Positions 8,952 through 19,595 of a stretch of DNA of 64,000 nt are shown in pieces (position 1 is the first letter of the stretch; each line of letters opens with the position of its first letter). Source of the DNA: Atopostipes sp. (lineage in GTDB: Bacteria > Bacillota > Bacilli > Lactobacillales > Carnobacteriaceae_A); NCBI GenBank assembly GCA_036752165.1, contig DAIOTF010000001.1, forward strand, positions 4,485 through 68,484. The letters are read 5' to 3'. A model generated the notes under the pieces. It had not been told where the DNA came from. It did not search any database and saw nothing but the letters and a program-made list of their open reading frames with translations. Position numbers and translations under genes: made by a program.

Positions 8952-10841
8952 ATGACGAGAAAATTAACCATTGGTTTAGGACTATCTGCCTCAGCTTTAC
9001 TATTAGCTGGCTGTAGTGGTGTTTCTGTAGATCAAATTGAAGAATCTACAAACGAATTGAATGATGCCTTCCAAACTATCATTAGTACCCAAGAACAATT
9101 AGTAGAACTTGAAAGTACAATGAATGAAGATTTTGAAACGGTTTTAGCTGAGGATGAAGAACTTACTTCATTACAAGACGAATCGGCAGCAGTCATTCAA
9201 AATATTGACCAACGTGCAGAGTTAGTGAATGAAGGAAATGCTCAAATTGATCGGATGAACGAAGAAGCAGAGTTTATTCGTACTTATGAAGGTGAAGACC
9301 TACCCGCCGACACAGTTTATCAAATTTCAGATGAATTCATTGAATTTAGTGGGTATATCAACAACTACTTTACAGATTACCAAGAATCATTAGACGTACA
9401 AAAAGATTATCTTTTACAAATTGCGGATGAAGAAGCCGATTATGAAGAGTTTTCTGAAGGGTTAAATCAAGTAAATAGTAATTATATGGAACTACAAGAT
9501 ATTACACTTGAATTAGATAATACCCTAGTTTCTTATGATGAAAATCTCAAACAACTAGAAGAAATGATTGCTGAAACGCGTGAAGATACAGCAATGCTAC
9601 CTTCTGTAAAAGCTTCTGAAACAGAAGATGCAGCTGGTGAAGAAGAGGATGCTGAAGAGTCTGACAGTGACGAACAAACTGAAGAAGCAGTGGTCACATC
9701 AGAAAACGTAGAAGAAACTGCATTTCTCACTGTTTCTACTGAACCAATCTTAAATATTCCAGATAAATTCCCACTAAAATTTGTTTATGATAGCGGAGTG
9801 GATATTACTTACCCTGAAGAAGGCGTAAAAGGAATCTACGTAACGGCACATTCGGCTGGTGGAGCTAAAATGGATGAATTAGTCGACTTACTTGGTCGAA
9901 CAGATTTAAACAGTATGGTCATCGATATTAAAGATGACTATGGAAATATCACGGCTGATTTAAATAGTGATAACGAACTAGTTAACGAGATGACGATGGA
10001 AATGTTTGATGTGGAAGAAGTTATGAGCCGTTTAGATGAAAATGATATTTATCCAATTGCTCGTATCGTTGTCTTTAAAGATACGCTCCTTGCAAATGCA
10101 CAGCCTGAATTATCCTTTACTCGTTCAGATGGAAGTGTATGGACAAATAACAATGGAGATGGTTTTGTTAATCCTTATATGAAAGAAGTATGGGATTATA
10201 ATATTGAAGTAGCCATTCAAGCAGCCAAATTAGGCTTTAAAGAAATCCAATTTGACTATGTGCGATTTGCAGAAGGCTTTGAATTATTGGATCGCGAGTT
10301 AAATTACGGACATGGACACTATGGCAGTGACGATCTAGATGTTATTAGTATGGAATATAGAAACCAAGCGGTAACTGATTTTGTTGCTTATGCTAAAGAA
10401 CAATTGAAACCTTATGGTGTTGATGTATCGGTTGATATCTTTGGATATGCTGCAGTCGTACGTGAAACGCCTGGTATTGGTCAAAGTTTCCCAGGAATTG
10501 CAAAAGAAGTAGATGTAATCTCAAGTATGATTTATCCAAGTCACTGGGGTCTAGGGAATTTAGATATTGCTATACCAGATTTAGAACCCTATAATCTAGT
10601 AAATAACTATGCAAAAGTTGAATTAGAACTCCTTGACGAACTTGGTGAAGACGCACCCACAACTCGTCCATGGATTCAAGACTTCACAGCATCCTATTTA
10701 GGTGCGGGTTATTACATGAATTATGGGCCAGCTGAAGTAACTGCTCAAGTTAAAGCTCTAGCCGATAACGGTATTAATGAATTCCTTTTATGGAACGCTG
10801 GTAACAGCTACTCTGAAGGGGCAACTTATACATTCGAATAA
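8952..10841 (+). CDS. Lipoprotein: N-terminal YkyA-like helical domain, acidic linker, C-terminal DUF4015-like putative glycoside hydrolase
   Basis: Lipobox LLAGC (Cys21). C-terminal VKGIYVT, VIDIKDD, IARIVVFKD, EIQFDYVRF, MIYPSHW, RPWIQDF and LLWNA are typical of DUF4015. Confidence 0.8.
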   Translation: MTRKLTIGLGLSASALLLAGCSGVSVDQIEESTNELNDAFQTIISTQEQLVELESTMNEDFETVLAEDEELTSLQDESAAVIQNIDQRAELVNEGNAQIDRMNEEAEFIRTYEGEDLPADTVYQISDEFIEFSGYINNYFTDYQESLDVQKDYLLQIADEEADYEEFSEGLNQVNSNYMELQDITLELDNTLVSYDENLKQLEEMIAETREDTAMLPSVKASETEDAAGEEEDAEESDSDEQTEEAVVTSENVEETAFLTVSTEPILNIPDKFPLKFVYDSGVDITYPEEGVKGIYVTAHSAGGAKMDELVDLLGRTDLNSMVIDIKDDYGNITADLNSDNELVNEMTMEMFDVEEVMSRLDENDIYPIARIVVFKDTLLANAQPELSFTRSDGSVWTNNNGDGFVNPYMKEVWDYNIEVAIQAAKLGFKEIQFDYVRFAEGFELLDRELNYGHGHYGSDDLDVISMEYRNQAVTDFVAYAKEQLKPYGVDVSVDIFGYAAVVRETPGIGQSFPGIAKEVDVISSMIYPSHWGLGNLDIAIPDLEPYNLVNNYAKVELELLDELGEDAPTTRPWIQDFTASYLGAGYYMNYGPAEVTAQVKALADNGINEFLLWNAGNSYSEGATYTFE

Positions 10842-10850
10842 AACAAAACA

Positions 10851-10892
10851 AAAAACGGTGAACTCCTCATTTTGAGGTTGTTCACCGTTTTT
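10851..10892. terminator. Bidirectional intrinsic terminator
   Basis: AAAAACGGTGAAC...GTTCACCGTTTTT between convergent genes. Confidence 0.85.
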
Positions 10893-10895
10893 AGA

Positions 10896-13800
10896 TTATT
10901 CACTAACTTTAATAGCTTTTACAAGATCTAGGGAAATAATATACACCCCTACGACAGATTCATTCGTAATCGTTTCAAGTGCTTGTTTGTACAACATGAC
11001 TTGTCCTTTATAACGTCGAATCAACTCTTCTTCTGCTCTTTCTCCTAAATGCGCAACACGGTCCGTCTTATAATCAAATAAAACATATCCATCATCTGTT
11101 TTAAAATACCCGTCAATAATCCCGTGAATGAGGATAGAATCATCTACATCTTCCATCCCTGAAAATACATCGCTTGCACGCATCATCATTGAAAATAAAA
11201 CTTCATTTTCTAAACTATTATTATGTTCGATAATTTTTAGTCCAAATGTCGTTTCAAAAAACATCTGTATTTTATTTAAATCTATTTGCTTAGCAACTGT
11301 CTCATTCATTACATCATTTTCTACGAACTCTTGAATTAAGATTTCTAGGTATTCCCTAGTTGGTTGCTGACTTAAGTCTAACTTTTGTAATAAATAATGA
11401 GTGGCTTGACCGATTTCAGCAGCATTCGGTGCTTTGTCCTCCTGTAAAAATTTAGGTCGTTCAAAAAGGTCTTCAGTAAAACGATTCACTCGAGAATCAT
11501 CCGCCATATTCGACCAATCCAATTTCGAGAGTTTTTCACTATTCGGCTCTTCAAAAAGTTGTTTCACTTCAGAAACCGATTGATAGTTTGTCGTTTGAGT
11601 GGATAGTTGATAAGGATAACTGTAATTTGTTAAATCTACAGCATACTTTACTGCTTTTGAAGTTTGCTTATCCGATTCAGTTCTCAAATTATTTTTCTTT
11701 AAATCGTCTAACCATTTGAGACTGACAGCTTCTTGCTCTCTTTCGTTGAAGGCTTCAATAATTTTCGCCTCTGAATAAAAGTGGTACTCAAAATCAACAG
11801 GATAATTTTTAATTTGTTTATTTTGTTGAACGGAGTTTACTTGTGCATCGGCTGTTTTATGACGTGCAGTAGCAAAACCAATCCAATCAAGAAAATTATC
11901 CGTCTTTAATCTTAATTGCGTGGGCAAGATTAGTGCTTTACTACCATTCCCTTTATCCCAGTTATCAAAGGCTTTTTCTCGAGTTGCCTGCGTACCAACT
12001 AAAAACAACTTTTGTTCTGCACGCGTTAAAGCTACATATAGTACTCTCATTTCTTCTGCATAAGCATTTTTTTGGATAATATTCCGGATAGCCGTATCAA
12101 CTATAGTAGATGTTCTTTCACGTGTAAGGGGGTCTTTAAATTTTAATCCTACACCTAATTCACGTTCAAATACATACTCTCTCGTCCAGTCTTTATTCGT
12201 AAACTGTCTACTCATATCCATCACAAAGACGATTGGAAATTCTAAACCTTTACTTGCATGAATGGTCATCACTCGTACGGCATTTTGTTCGGATAATATA
12301 CTCGTTGGTTCTGCTAAGTCTTTATCTCGTTCTTGCATTTTGTCGATAAAACGAATAAATCGGTAAAGTCCTTTAAATGAAGTGCTTTCATAAGCAGCAG
12401 CTCGGTGGTAAAGAGCTTCTAAATTTGCTTTTCTTTGCCGTCCCCCACTCATTCCGCCCACATAATGTAAGTAACCTGTGTCTTGGTACAATAAGCGTAG
12501 TAAGTCGACAACTGAATGTCGTCTTGCAAATTCTCTCCAGGTATTCAATTGTTCAAGAAATACAGTTAATTTTCTTTTTCGAGCACGATTATTAGGATCT
12601 TTGAATTCTGCTTCTGCATAGGCCATAACCGCTTCATAATAATCCACATTTTTCTTTTGCAAACGGATGTGAGCAAAATCAATTTCATTCATCCCAACTA
12701 AAGGTGAACGCAAGACTGCGACTAATGGTATATCTTGTCTGGGATTATCGATTATCTTTAATAAAGACATCATAATGGTTACTTCTGTTGTTTGAAAAAA
12801 GTTTTGTGTTTCATTCATAGCCGTCGGAATATTTGCTTCTGCAAATATTTCTTGAATATTTAAATTATGGGTTTTAGTGGGTGTTAATAAAACAATGTCA
12901 CTAAATTTTAATGGACGCATCTTATCAAGTTCTTTATCATAAATTTCAAACTTGTTCTCAATCAATTCGTTAATCTTAGCAGCTGTCATCAGAACCTCGC
13001 CATGATTTTTATTTTTTATTTGTGAGTCCTTCTCTATCGAATCCAAACCCTCAGAATTTTTATTTTCGTAAATAAGTAACTCAGTTCGATAAACATCACT
13101 TTGATCAAATTGACGGTTCCCATAGACTAATTTGGCATTGTTATCATAAGCCAAGTTCCCAACTTCCTCATCCATAAGTTGAGTGAACAGAAAATTGGTA
13201 AATGAAAGGACACTCTCACGAGAACGGAAATTCTCTGCTAAAATGATACGTTCGCCATTTTCTTTTGAAGCAAATGACTTATATTTCGTTAAAAACAAAC
13301 TTGGATCAGCAAGGCGGAAGCCATAAATTGATTGTTTAACGTCCCCCACCATAAAGTAATTCCCTGTCTGTTCATTAGGTTTAGCCAAGCGAAGGAGTAT
13401 GGCTTCTTGTAGTGCGTTAATATCCTGATATTCGTCCACTAACACCTCATGGAATTTTGTGCGGTAATAGTTCGATGCGTCATCATGATTCAGTATTTCT
13501 AAGGTCAAATGTTCTAAATCATTAAAATCAATTAGTTTTCTTTCTGCTTTATATATTTGATAACGGTCGGTAAATTGAGTAGTTATATCCGCTAATACTT
13601 CAATATGTTGTTTCGTTTTTAAAATCATTTCAACCTGCTTTGAAGGTGAAACGATAAAGTGTTGTGCGAATGCGATATAATTTTCTTTCGCTTCATCTCG
13701 TAAATGCTTGATTTCACTATTATATAGCTCTTGGACTTCTTCCGGTGTCTTTGATGGTGTGATACGTGGCATATTTTTAAAAGTAAAATTAGCCAAATTC

Positions 13801-14633
13801 ATTTCGTATAATTCTTCTAAACGATTCTCTTCTAATAACCGCTGACATTGTTTGAAATGGCTTTTCTCTGATGCGTATAAGTCTAATTGTTTTTCAAGAC
13901 TCTCTTCACCATTAGCTAAAGATTCTGCTTGTTCTAACAATTGAATAGAATAATTAATCTCTTCTAAATAAATATTTTTCATAAAATCTTGGTAGATTAC
14001 AGAATTTGCTAGCTCATTATTTGGAACTTCATATAATCGCGTTAAATCTTTTAACCATGTATCCGGTTTTTCATGTGATCTTGAATAATTTTGTAAACCT
14101 AAGACCATCTCCATAATATTATCATCATTTCGATCACCTGAATAAGTTTCCATAAATTCTATGAAAGAGGCATCCGCTTTTTCATAGAGTTCTTCTAATA
14201 ACTCATACCATATATCTTCTTTAATTAAAGCTATTTCAGTATCATCTGTTAATTGACGAAATACTGGATCAAAATCGATCAAATAATAGTAACGTTCAAT
14301 AACCTTTAAACAAAATGAGTGAAGAGTTGAAATATTTGCATGTCCCATTTTGGGTAATTGCTTTATAAGATGAGTGTGCAATTCTCTATCATTTTGGAGG
14401 TTAATTTCTTCATGGATAGCTGTTTGAATTCTTTGTTTCATTTCTTTAGCGGCGGCATTCGTAAACGTTACAACTAGTAATTCATCAACATCAACCTTAT
14501 TTTTAATTTTCTCAATCATACGATTGACTAACACCATTGTTTTTCCAGATCCAGCAGAGGCGGAAATAAGGATATTATTACCTGATGTCTCTATAGCTTG
14601 TAACTGCTCTTTAGTAAAAGAAAGGTTAGACAT
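10896..14633 (-). CDS. addA: ATP-dependent helicase/nuclease subunit A
   Basis: SASAGSGKT, VTFTNAAAKEM, VDEYQD, VGDVKQSIYGFR, MTIHASKGLEF, LYVALTRA and nuclease GIID...DYKTD. Start at 14633 overlaps the addB stop (ATGTCTAA). Confidence 0.96.
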   Translation of the reverse strand: MSNLSFTKEQLQAIETSGNNILISASAGSGKTMVLVNRMIEKIKNKVDVDELLVVTFTNAAAKEMKQRIQTAIHEEINLQNDRELHTHLIKQLPKMGHANISTLHSFCLKVIERYYYLIDFDPVFRQLTDDTEIALIKEDIWYELLEELYEKADASFIEFMETYSGDRNDDNIMEMVLGLQNYSRSHEKPDTWLKDLTRLYEVPNNELANSVIYQDFMKNIYLEEINYSIQLLEQAESLANGEESLEKQLDLYASEKSHFKQCQRLLEENRLEELYEMNLANFTFKNMPRITPSKTPEEVQELYNSEIKHLRDEAKENYIAFAQHFIVSPSKQVEMILKTKQHIEVLADITTQFTDRYQIYKAERKLIDFNDLEHLTLEILNHDDASNYYRTKFHEVLVDEYQDINALQEAILLRLAKPNEQTGNYFMVGDVKQSIYGFRLADPSLFLTKYKSFASKENGERIILAENFRSRESVLSFTNFLFTQLMDEEVGNLAYDNNAKLVYGNRQFDQSDVYRTELLIYENKNSEGLDSIEKDSQIKNKNHGEVLMTAAKINELIENKFEIYDKELDKMRPLKFSDIVLLTPTKTHNLNIQEIFAEANIPTAMNETQNFFQTTEVTIMMSLLKIIDNPRQDIPLVAVLRSPLVGMNEIDFAHIRLQKKNVDYYEAVMAYAEAEFKDPNNRARKRKLTVFLEQLNTWREFARRHSVVDLLRLLYQDTGYLHYVGGMSGGRQRKANLEALYHRAAAYESTSFKGLYRFIRFIDKMQERDKDLAEPTSILSEQNAVRVMTIHASKGLEFPIVFVMDMSRQFTNKDWTREYVFERELGVGLKFKDPLTRERTSTIVDTAIRNIIQKNAYAEEMRVLYVALTRAEQKLFLVGTQATREKAFDNWDKGNGSKALILPTQLRLKTDNFLDWIGFATARHKTADAQVNSVQQNKQIKNYPVDFEYHFYSEAKIIEAFNEREQEAVSLKWLDDLKKNNLRTESDKQTSKAVKYAVDLTNYSYPYQLSTQTTNYQSVSEVKQLFEEPNSEKLSKLDWSNMADDSRVNRFTEDLFERPKFLQEDKAPNAAEIGQATHYLLQKLDLSQQPTREYLEILIQEFVENDVMNETVAKQIDLNKIQMFFETTFGLKIIEHNNSLENEVLFSMMMRASDVFSGMEDVDDSILIHGIIDGYFKTDDGYVLFDYKTDRVAHLGERAEEELIRRYKGQVMLYKQALETITNESVVGVYIISLDLVKAIKVSE

Positions 14634-17600
14634 TTTTTTCTTCCTCCTCTTCTTCTTCATCTTCTTCATTTATTGCTATACGATGAAAGAATTCTTTTTT
14701 ATCCATCGTATCCATCTCTTTATAATTATTTTCCGGCAACAGTACATCAAACTGAGAAATTGCACGGTGTGATTTCAATGAAGGGGTATAAGATAACTCT
14801 TCATAGGGTGCTAATTGATTTTCACCAGATAGAATACGATTTCCTGCTTCAATAATTCGTTCTCGATTAAAAGCAAGGAGCTGATTAAACTCATTTGGAG
14901 TCAACAACGTTTTTGCCCGGCCACCAGAAAACTTACCGCTCGCCAGTAAATTAAAAGGATAGAGTGGTGAAGTTTCTTTTACACTCAATACTGTATCTAA
15001 TGCTTCTAAGACCTCATCGTTATCAATCGCCAAACCATTATATTTAAACAATTTTAAAGTCTCTTCATATTCATCTTTTCCTGCTATCTTTTGCAGGTCA
15101 ATAAAAGGATTATGAATACGGGAATAAAAAGCCCCTATTCCTTTTGCTTCTCGACCAAATATTTCTTTAGAAAAAGTAAGTACAGTATCAAGATACGTAA
15201 TCATTTGAAGCATTAAACCATAATACATTTGTTTATAATTAAATGTGGTATGACTTGATTTATAATCCACAATTCCTGCATACAACTGATCGTCAATCGT
15301 CACCGTATCTATCCGATCCACTTTTCCACGTAAATATAATTTTCCATTATTTTTCAACGGGAAGGTTAAGCCTTCAACACCTTTTTGTTTACCAAGTCGG
15401 CCAAAAAGTAATTCGGTCTGACTTGTTCTCAACTTACTTCTTTTGGATTGGTTAACAATCGACCACACCATCCGATTAACAGTTTGCCCTAATTGTTTAA
15501 ATATGAATTGCATTCGATAAGAAGTTTGAGATAGTCGGTATTTGTTTGTATTAAATAACATTTGAGAGATTTCTTGACTCAACTGATTAATTTCTTCTTT
15601 TGAATACGTGGCAATATCTTTAGCTCCCGTCAAAATCTCTCGACTAATTAAATCTAAAGCATCATGGAAAAAGTTTCCGGTATCTAATGCGGATAGTTCT
15701 TGGACTCTTCTTTCTTGAAGTCGCAAACCATATAACAAGAAATGACTATACGGATCTTCGTAAAATCTTTCTAACTGAGAAACAGATAAATAGAGATCTT
15801 TTCCATACAATTCCTGAGCCAACTCTTCCGTTATAGGGACAGGAATGTTTTTATGCGTTAAACTACTAAGTATTCTATTTTGTTCAATGTTATTTGGCTG
15901 ATAAATCTTCTCAAATAACTTGACCCAGAATGCTTCCGGAATTAATTTATTGTCAACTGCATGTCTTAAACTTAAAACTAATTGCCCATAAGTATGTCTT
16001 TTGGATCCAATAAATTCTAAATAGTCAATTGCATTTGCCTCAGCCTTATTAATCGCATTCGCATATTTTAGTAACTGCTTGATATTTAGATTATTTTTAA
16101 TTCTTGTCACATAAGGACTTATACGGTTCTCTTCACTTTCTTCATTCGCTACAGGGTAAGATAGAATAAGCTTCTCACTTGCTTGTAATAAGGCTAGATA
16201 CATAGCAAAAGGCTCATTGGCTAAGCTTTCTTCCCCAGATGTGGCTAAGTATTTATCTGTCGACAATTGCGCATCAACTAGCTCTCGATCTTCATCTGTC
16301 AAAAGCGATTGATTAGTCGAAATTTTAGGTAACTGAGTATCTGTTAACCCAATTAGAAAAACAACTTTTTTAGAATGAATTTTAGGTAAATCAAAATTTG
16401 TGACGAGTACTTGGTCAATTGTTGGAGGAACCATACTAAATGTTGCTTGTTCAAAACCTGTTTCAATAATGGAAAGAAATAAGTCTAAATCCCATGCTTC
16501 ATCGCCTAGGACTTCAACAAATTCATCCAATAATTGTATAAACGTTTCCCAAGCTTGTTCATGTTTTCTGGCTTCTTCTAAGTTTCCTTTTTCAGCTTCT
16601 TGATCACGCCAATGCTGAATTTGATTGACCACGCCAATTTCTATCATAAATGAATACAAGCTTGTTGCCATTTCTCGATTGGTTTTCATTTCATCTAATG
16701 ATTCTGTAAACGGCACGATTTGCTTTTTAAATGTTTCTCTTACTTCGTTCGCAATTTCTTGTATACGTAATTCATGTTCGTCTTGGACAAACTCTCCATC
16801 AATTTCAAAACGAGCATACAACCATTCCTCGTCTTTAATCCATGCATTTCCCTGGTACCCATAGGCTAAGGCAACATTTTCAGCGATGTCCACCTTGTCA
16901 CGCCAGCTTTCCATTCCCTCCTCATATCGACTAATTTTTTTAAAAGTATCCATGTCCATATGATCTTCAGAAATGTCAATATCAGGACAATATAATTCTG
17001 TGCGAAGAAATCGAAAAATATCATCTATACGATAAAATCTTTTTTTCAGAGCCAGTAAACTTTCTACAAATTCTAAAATAGGATGTTGAGCCATTGTTTC
17101 ACTGTGGTCAATAAAAAATGGCACGTCATTTTCTTCAAAGATAGAGTGAATATTTAACTGATAACTTTCTAAATCACGGGTCATTATTTGGAAATCTTTG
17201 TATCGATATTTCTCACTAGAGACCATCCTTAAAATTTTTGTAGCTATATGCATAATCTCTGTTTCTTTATCTTCAGCAGCCCATATCTCTATGTCATCGA
17301 AAGAAGTCTTTTTCGTAAGTTCTTTTTCTTGATGATATCTGGGTTGACTACTTTGTACCCAATAATCAGCTAATGCCACTACTTCAGTTTGTGGCCTATT
17401 GTTTACACCTAAAACTGCATTCTTTTCAACTGTTAGCCCATTTTTTCGTAATTCTTCTAGGAATTGAAAATATGTTTTTAAGGGGCGATAAAACGGATTA
17501 TTTAAATCATTAGGCTGATGAATGGTTTCTTCTTTAAGAGTTAAACTAATCATCAATTTCTTTGTAACTTTAGCTAGTTGAATGATTAATTCTTGTTCGA

Positions 17601-18267
17601 GTGCTGAAAAATGCTCATAGTGATCTATGAGAATGGTTACTTGTCCAAATTCTTCTTTTTTTGCTTGAATATATTGAATGAGTTCATTAAATAAATCTTC
17701 TTTTTCAATATAACTTCCAGCTAGCTGTTCGTCATATTTTTCATAAAGAAGGGATAAATCTCCTAATTTTTGATTGAAATCAGTTTGATTCAACTCCTCA
17801 CTCTCTTCTGATTCTTCTAGCATATGAACTAAATCTTCAGGTGATATCTTACCATTACGAAGTTCCATAAATAAATTGACTAATCGCTCAATAAATCCAG
17901 TCTCTTGGCTCGCACCTCTAAAAATGGTTAAATTTTGTTCTTCTTCCTGTAATATTTTCTTCATCAGCATGGCCAATCCACTCTCAGTTAATTGAGGATG
18001 TTGATAAATTGGTTGATCTTGTAGGAAATACCAAGCCAGACGACTGAAACTAAATACTTGCAATCGAATCATTCCACTGTACCTTGCATCTGGATTTTTT
18101 TCCATAAATTGCTGTAAAATCATTGTTTCTGCCTCATATTTAACATTATCAGGAACTAAATAGATCATTTGGTTCTTCTGATTTTCGTTTAAGTGCTGAT
18201 ACATGGAATCAATCAATTCTATACGTTTCTGAGTTGGGTATTCGCCTAATATAAATTGAACAGACAT
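14626..18267 (-). CDS. addB: ATP-dependent helicase/nuclease subunit B (RexB-like)
   Basis: YLVP...FSFSRLAW, LSVSQLE and RGKVDRID...DYKSS nuclease motifs. Adjacent to addA. Confidence 0.93.
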   Translation of the reverse strand: MSVQFILGEYPTQKRIELIDSMYQHLNENQKNQMIYLVPDNVKYEAETMILQQFMEKNPDARYSGMIRLQVFSFSRLAWYFLQDQPIYQHPQLTESGLAMLMKKILQEEEQNLTIFRGASQETGFIERLVNLFMELRNGKISPEDLVHMLEESEESEELNQTDFNQKLGDLSLLYEKYDEQLAGSYIEKEDLFNELIQYIQAKKEEFGQVTILIDHYEHFSALEQELIIQLAKVTKKLMISLTLKEETIHQPNDLNNPFYRPLKTYFQFLEELRKNGLTVEKNAVLGVNNRPQTEVVALADYWVQSSQPRYHQEKELTKKTSFDDIEIWAAEDKETEIMHIATKILRMVSSEKYRYKDFQIMTRDLESYQLNIHSIFEENDVPFFIDHSETMAQHPILEFVESLLALKKRFYRIDDIFRFLRTELYCPDIDISEDHMDMDTFKKISRYEEGMESWRDKVDIAENVALAYGYQGNAWIKDEEWLYARFEIDGEFVQDEHELRIQEIANEVRETFKKQIVPFTESLDEMKTNREMATSLYSFMIEIGVVNQIQHWRDQEAEKGNLEEARKHEQAWETFIQLLDEFVEVLGDEAWDLDLFLSIIETGFEQATFSMVPPTIDQVLVTNFDLPKIHSKKVVFLIGLTDTQLPKISTNQSLLTDEDRELVDAQLSTDKYLATSGEESLANEPFAMYLALLQASEKLILSYPVANEESEENRISPYVTRIKNNLNIKQLLKYANAINKAEANAIDYLEFIGSKRHTYGQLVLSLRHAVDNKLIPEAFWVKLFEKIYQPNNIEQNRILSSLTHKNIPVPITEELAQELYGKDLYLSVSQLERFYEDPYSHFLLYGLRLQERRVQELSALDTGNFFHDALDLISREILTGAKDIATYSKEEINQLSQEISQMLFNTNKYRLSQTSYRMQFIFKQLGQTVNRMVWSIVNQSKRSKLRTSQTELLFGRLGKQKGVEGLTFPLKNNGKLYLRGKVDRIDTVTIDDQLYAGIVDYKSSHTTFNYKQMYYGLMLQMITYLDTVLTFSKEIFGREAKGIGAFYSRIHNPFIDLQKIAGKDEYEETLKLFKYNGLAIDNDEVLEALDTVLSVKETSPLYPFNLLASGKFSGGRAKTLLTPNEFNQLLAFNRERIIEAGNRILSGENQLAPYEELSYTPSLKSHRAISQFDVLLPENNYKEMDTMDKKEFFHRIAINEEDEEEEEEEKNV

Positions 18268-18357
18268 TGCGCATCTCCTTTCAAAATTATTACCTCTATT
18301 TTACATGAAAAAAGTGAAGGATAGCATCATAATCTACCTTCACCTTTCTTTCAATTA

Positions 18358-19584
18358 TTATTTTGCGAGAAGCTCAATAATCGTTCGAATAACATCTGTG
18401 GCTTTTTCCATACTTTCTACTGCTACAAATTCATAGCGTCCGTGGAAGTTTTCCCCACCCGCAAATAAGTTAGGAGTCGGTAAGCCCATAAAGGAAATTT
18501 TTGAACCATCCGTTCCACCTCGAACAGGTTCAATAATCGGTTTAATATCTAAACCTCTCATTGCTTCTTCTGCAAGTTCTACTGCACGCATATCATCTTC
18601 GATAATTTCACGCATATTGTAATACTGATCATGCATATCGACCGATATTCTTTCTTCATTGAAGGTTTCATTAAGTTCTTTAGCCACATCTAAAATACGT
18701 CGCTTACGAGCTTCGAATTTTTCACGATCATGGTCTCGTATAATATAAGCTAGTTTAGCTTCTTCAACGGTTCCGGACATTGAGGTCAGGTGAAAGAAAC
18801 CTTCTCGTCCTTCTGTATGTTCTGGTACTTCTTGTGCGGGTAATTTTGCATTAAAAGCCATCCCAAGAGTCAAGGCATTGATCATTTGGTCTTTAGCAGT
18901 ACCTGGGTGAACATTTTTCCCTTGAATATGAATTGTTGCACCCGCAGCATTAAAACTTTCATACTGTAACTCCCCAACTGGACCACCATCTACTGTATAG
19001 GCAAAGTCGGCATCAAAGTGTTTGACATTAAAACGGTCAGCACCCACACCAATTTCTTCATCTGGCCCAAATGCTAAACGTACTCGCCCGTGAGGAATAT
19101 CTGGATGATCGATTAAATACTCTACGGCACTTAAAATTTCAACAATTCCTGCTTTGTCATCCGCTCCAAGCAGTGTAGTCCCGTCTGTTGTAATTAAAGT
19201 CTGGCCAATATAATTATTTAGATTAGGGAAATCATTTGGAGACAAGACGATATTTTCTTCTTGACTTAATAGAATATCTTTTCCATCATAATCTTCAACA
19301 AACTGTGGTTGGATATTTTCGGAAGGAAAATCTGCTGTATCCATATGGGCAATGAACCCCACCGTTGGAACGTTACGGTCTATATTACTCTCTAGAGTGG
19401 CCGTCAAAAACCCGTTTTGTTCATTATATTCTACTTCTTTTAAACCCATTTCTTCTAAATCTGCTTTTAAAATATGAGCGAATTCTACTTGTGATTCCGT
19501 AGAAGGAACCGTTTGGCTCGTTTCATCTGAACGAGTATTAATTTTCACATATTTTACAAAGCGTTCCACTAAATTTTTGTACAT
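18358..19584 (-). CDS. pepT: Peptidase T
   Basis: AHMDTAD, TLLGADDKAG, PDEEIG, HPGTAK, RGGTDG and ENFHGRYE. Confidence 0.96.
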   Translation of the reverse strand: MYKNLVERFVKYVKINTRSDETSQTVPSTESQVEFAHILKADLEEMGLKEVEYNEQNGFLTATLESNIDRNVPTVGFIAHMDTADFPSENIQPQFVEDYDGKDILLSQEENIVLSPNDFPNLNNYIGQTLITTDGTTLLGADDKAGIVEILSAVEYLIDHPDIPHGRVRLAFGPDEEIGVGADRFNVKHFDADFAYTVDGGPVGELQYESFNAAGATIHIQGKNVHPGTAKDQMINALTLGMAFNAKLPAQEVPEHTEGREGFFHLTSMSGTVEEAKLAYIIRDHDREKFEARKRRILDVAKELNETFNEERISVDMHDQYYNMREIIEDDMRAVELAEEAMRGLDIKPIIEPVRGGTDGSKISFMGLPTPNLFAGGENFHGRYEFVAVESMEKATDVIRTIIELLAK

Positions 19585-19595
19585 TCACTTACTCC

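Noticed and set aside
14634..14669. Poly-Lys N-terminus (MKKMKKKRRKKK) on AddA in the ORF track
   Set aside because: It is the alternative-frame reading of the purine run that encodes AddB's acidic tail and the addA RBS. The likely start is the ATG at 14633.
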